Under the pieces are notes generated by a model, which saw only the letters and a program-made list of their open reading frames with translations, had not been told where the DNA came from and did no database searches. A DNA stretch of 64,000 nucleotides from Cirrosporium novae-zelandiae (lineage: Eukaryota). The DNA lies in contig JAPETS010000024.1 of the NCBI GenBank assembly GCA_026023565.1, positions 1 to 64,000 of the forward strand, in the 5' to 3' direction. The position numbers and the translations under genes were made by a program. Shown here in pieces: positions 63,353 to 64,000 of the stretch. Position 1 is the stretch's first letter, and each line of letters begins with the position of its first letter.

Positions 63353-64000
63353 ATGTTTATTGCACGATCAGAATATGGTAAGCTCCCACACCTATTCAAT
63401 CCTCATAAACATATACTCATAGACATATATACTAATTGAATCATAGATCGTGGGATCAAGTAAGACCACAATGCCGATCATTATAAATTACAGCCTTGGA
63501 TTAACCACTCCCCAGCACCTTTTCACCAGAAGGCCGTCTCTTCCAAGTCGAATATTCTCTTGAAGCCATAAAGCTTGGTTCAACAGCAATAGGTGTACGT
63601 ACGATACCTCTGGAATCTACATCCAACTCCAACTATTCTACCCCAAGTTTACTCCTCAAAAAAAATATACTAACCCTCACCCAGATTGCCACCTCAGATG
63701 GCATAATTCTCGGCGTTGAAAAACGTGTGACCTCCACCCTCCTCGAAGCGTCCTCTGTTGAAAAAATAGTCGAAATCGACTCACACATCGGGTGCGCAAT
63801 GTCTGGGCTTCAAGCTGATGCCCGCAGCATGATTGAGCATGCCCGGGTTGAGTCCCAGAACCATCGGTTCCACTATAACGAACCGCTGAGGGTCGAGAGC
63901 TGTACGCAGAGTATTTGCGATTTAGCGCTAAGGTTCGGGGAGGGTGCAGATGGTGAGGAGAGTGTGATGAGCAGGCCGTTTGGGGTGGCATTGCTGATTG
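63353..64000 (+). CDS. PUP2: 20S proteasome alpha-5 subunit (runs off window)
   Basis: [60 protein letters not shown] across short introns. Confidence 0.95.

Overview
Eukaryotic, intron-containing DNA from a filamentous ascomycete (Pezizomycotina). The window has two parts. (1) About 1-16 kb is an accessory-looking island of short orphan or diverged genes: ankyrin protein, short-coiled-coil-like protein, two small beta-rich proteins, a multi-exon 7-TM protein, a large orphan with an 11-aa acidic repeat, a CENP-B-tail-like microprotein, an HW..NCQ permuted-papain-like protein and an APH-type kinase. It also holds a hAT-type MITE and decayed relics. It resembles giant-transposon (Starship-type) cargo, but no captain recombinase is visible. 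(2) About 16-64 kb carries conserved genes: sucrase/ferredoxin-like, U1 snRNA, HemK/MTQ1, two extended-SDR reductases (both frameshifted as given), a hydrophobin-like secreted protein, MFS, aldo-keto reductase, PDR ABC transporter, PL3 pectate lyase, tannase/feruloyl esterase, an EthD protein missed by the ORF track, class II chitin synthase, GCP2/Spc97 and proteasome alpha5. The most notable observations are: a U1 snRNA gene apparently linked to the MTQ1 mRNA by two downstream introns; a U2-type AT-AC intron in the EthD gene; and degenerate inverted repeats bracketing the pectate lyase-tannase block. All family assignments come from motif recognition by eye; no database searches were run.
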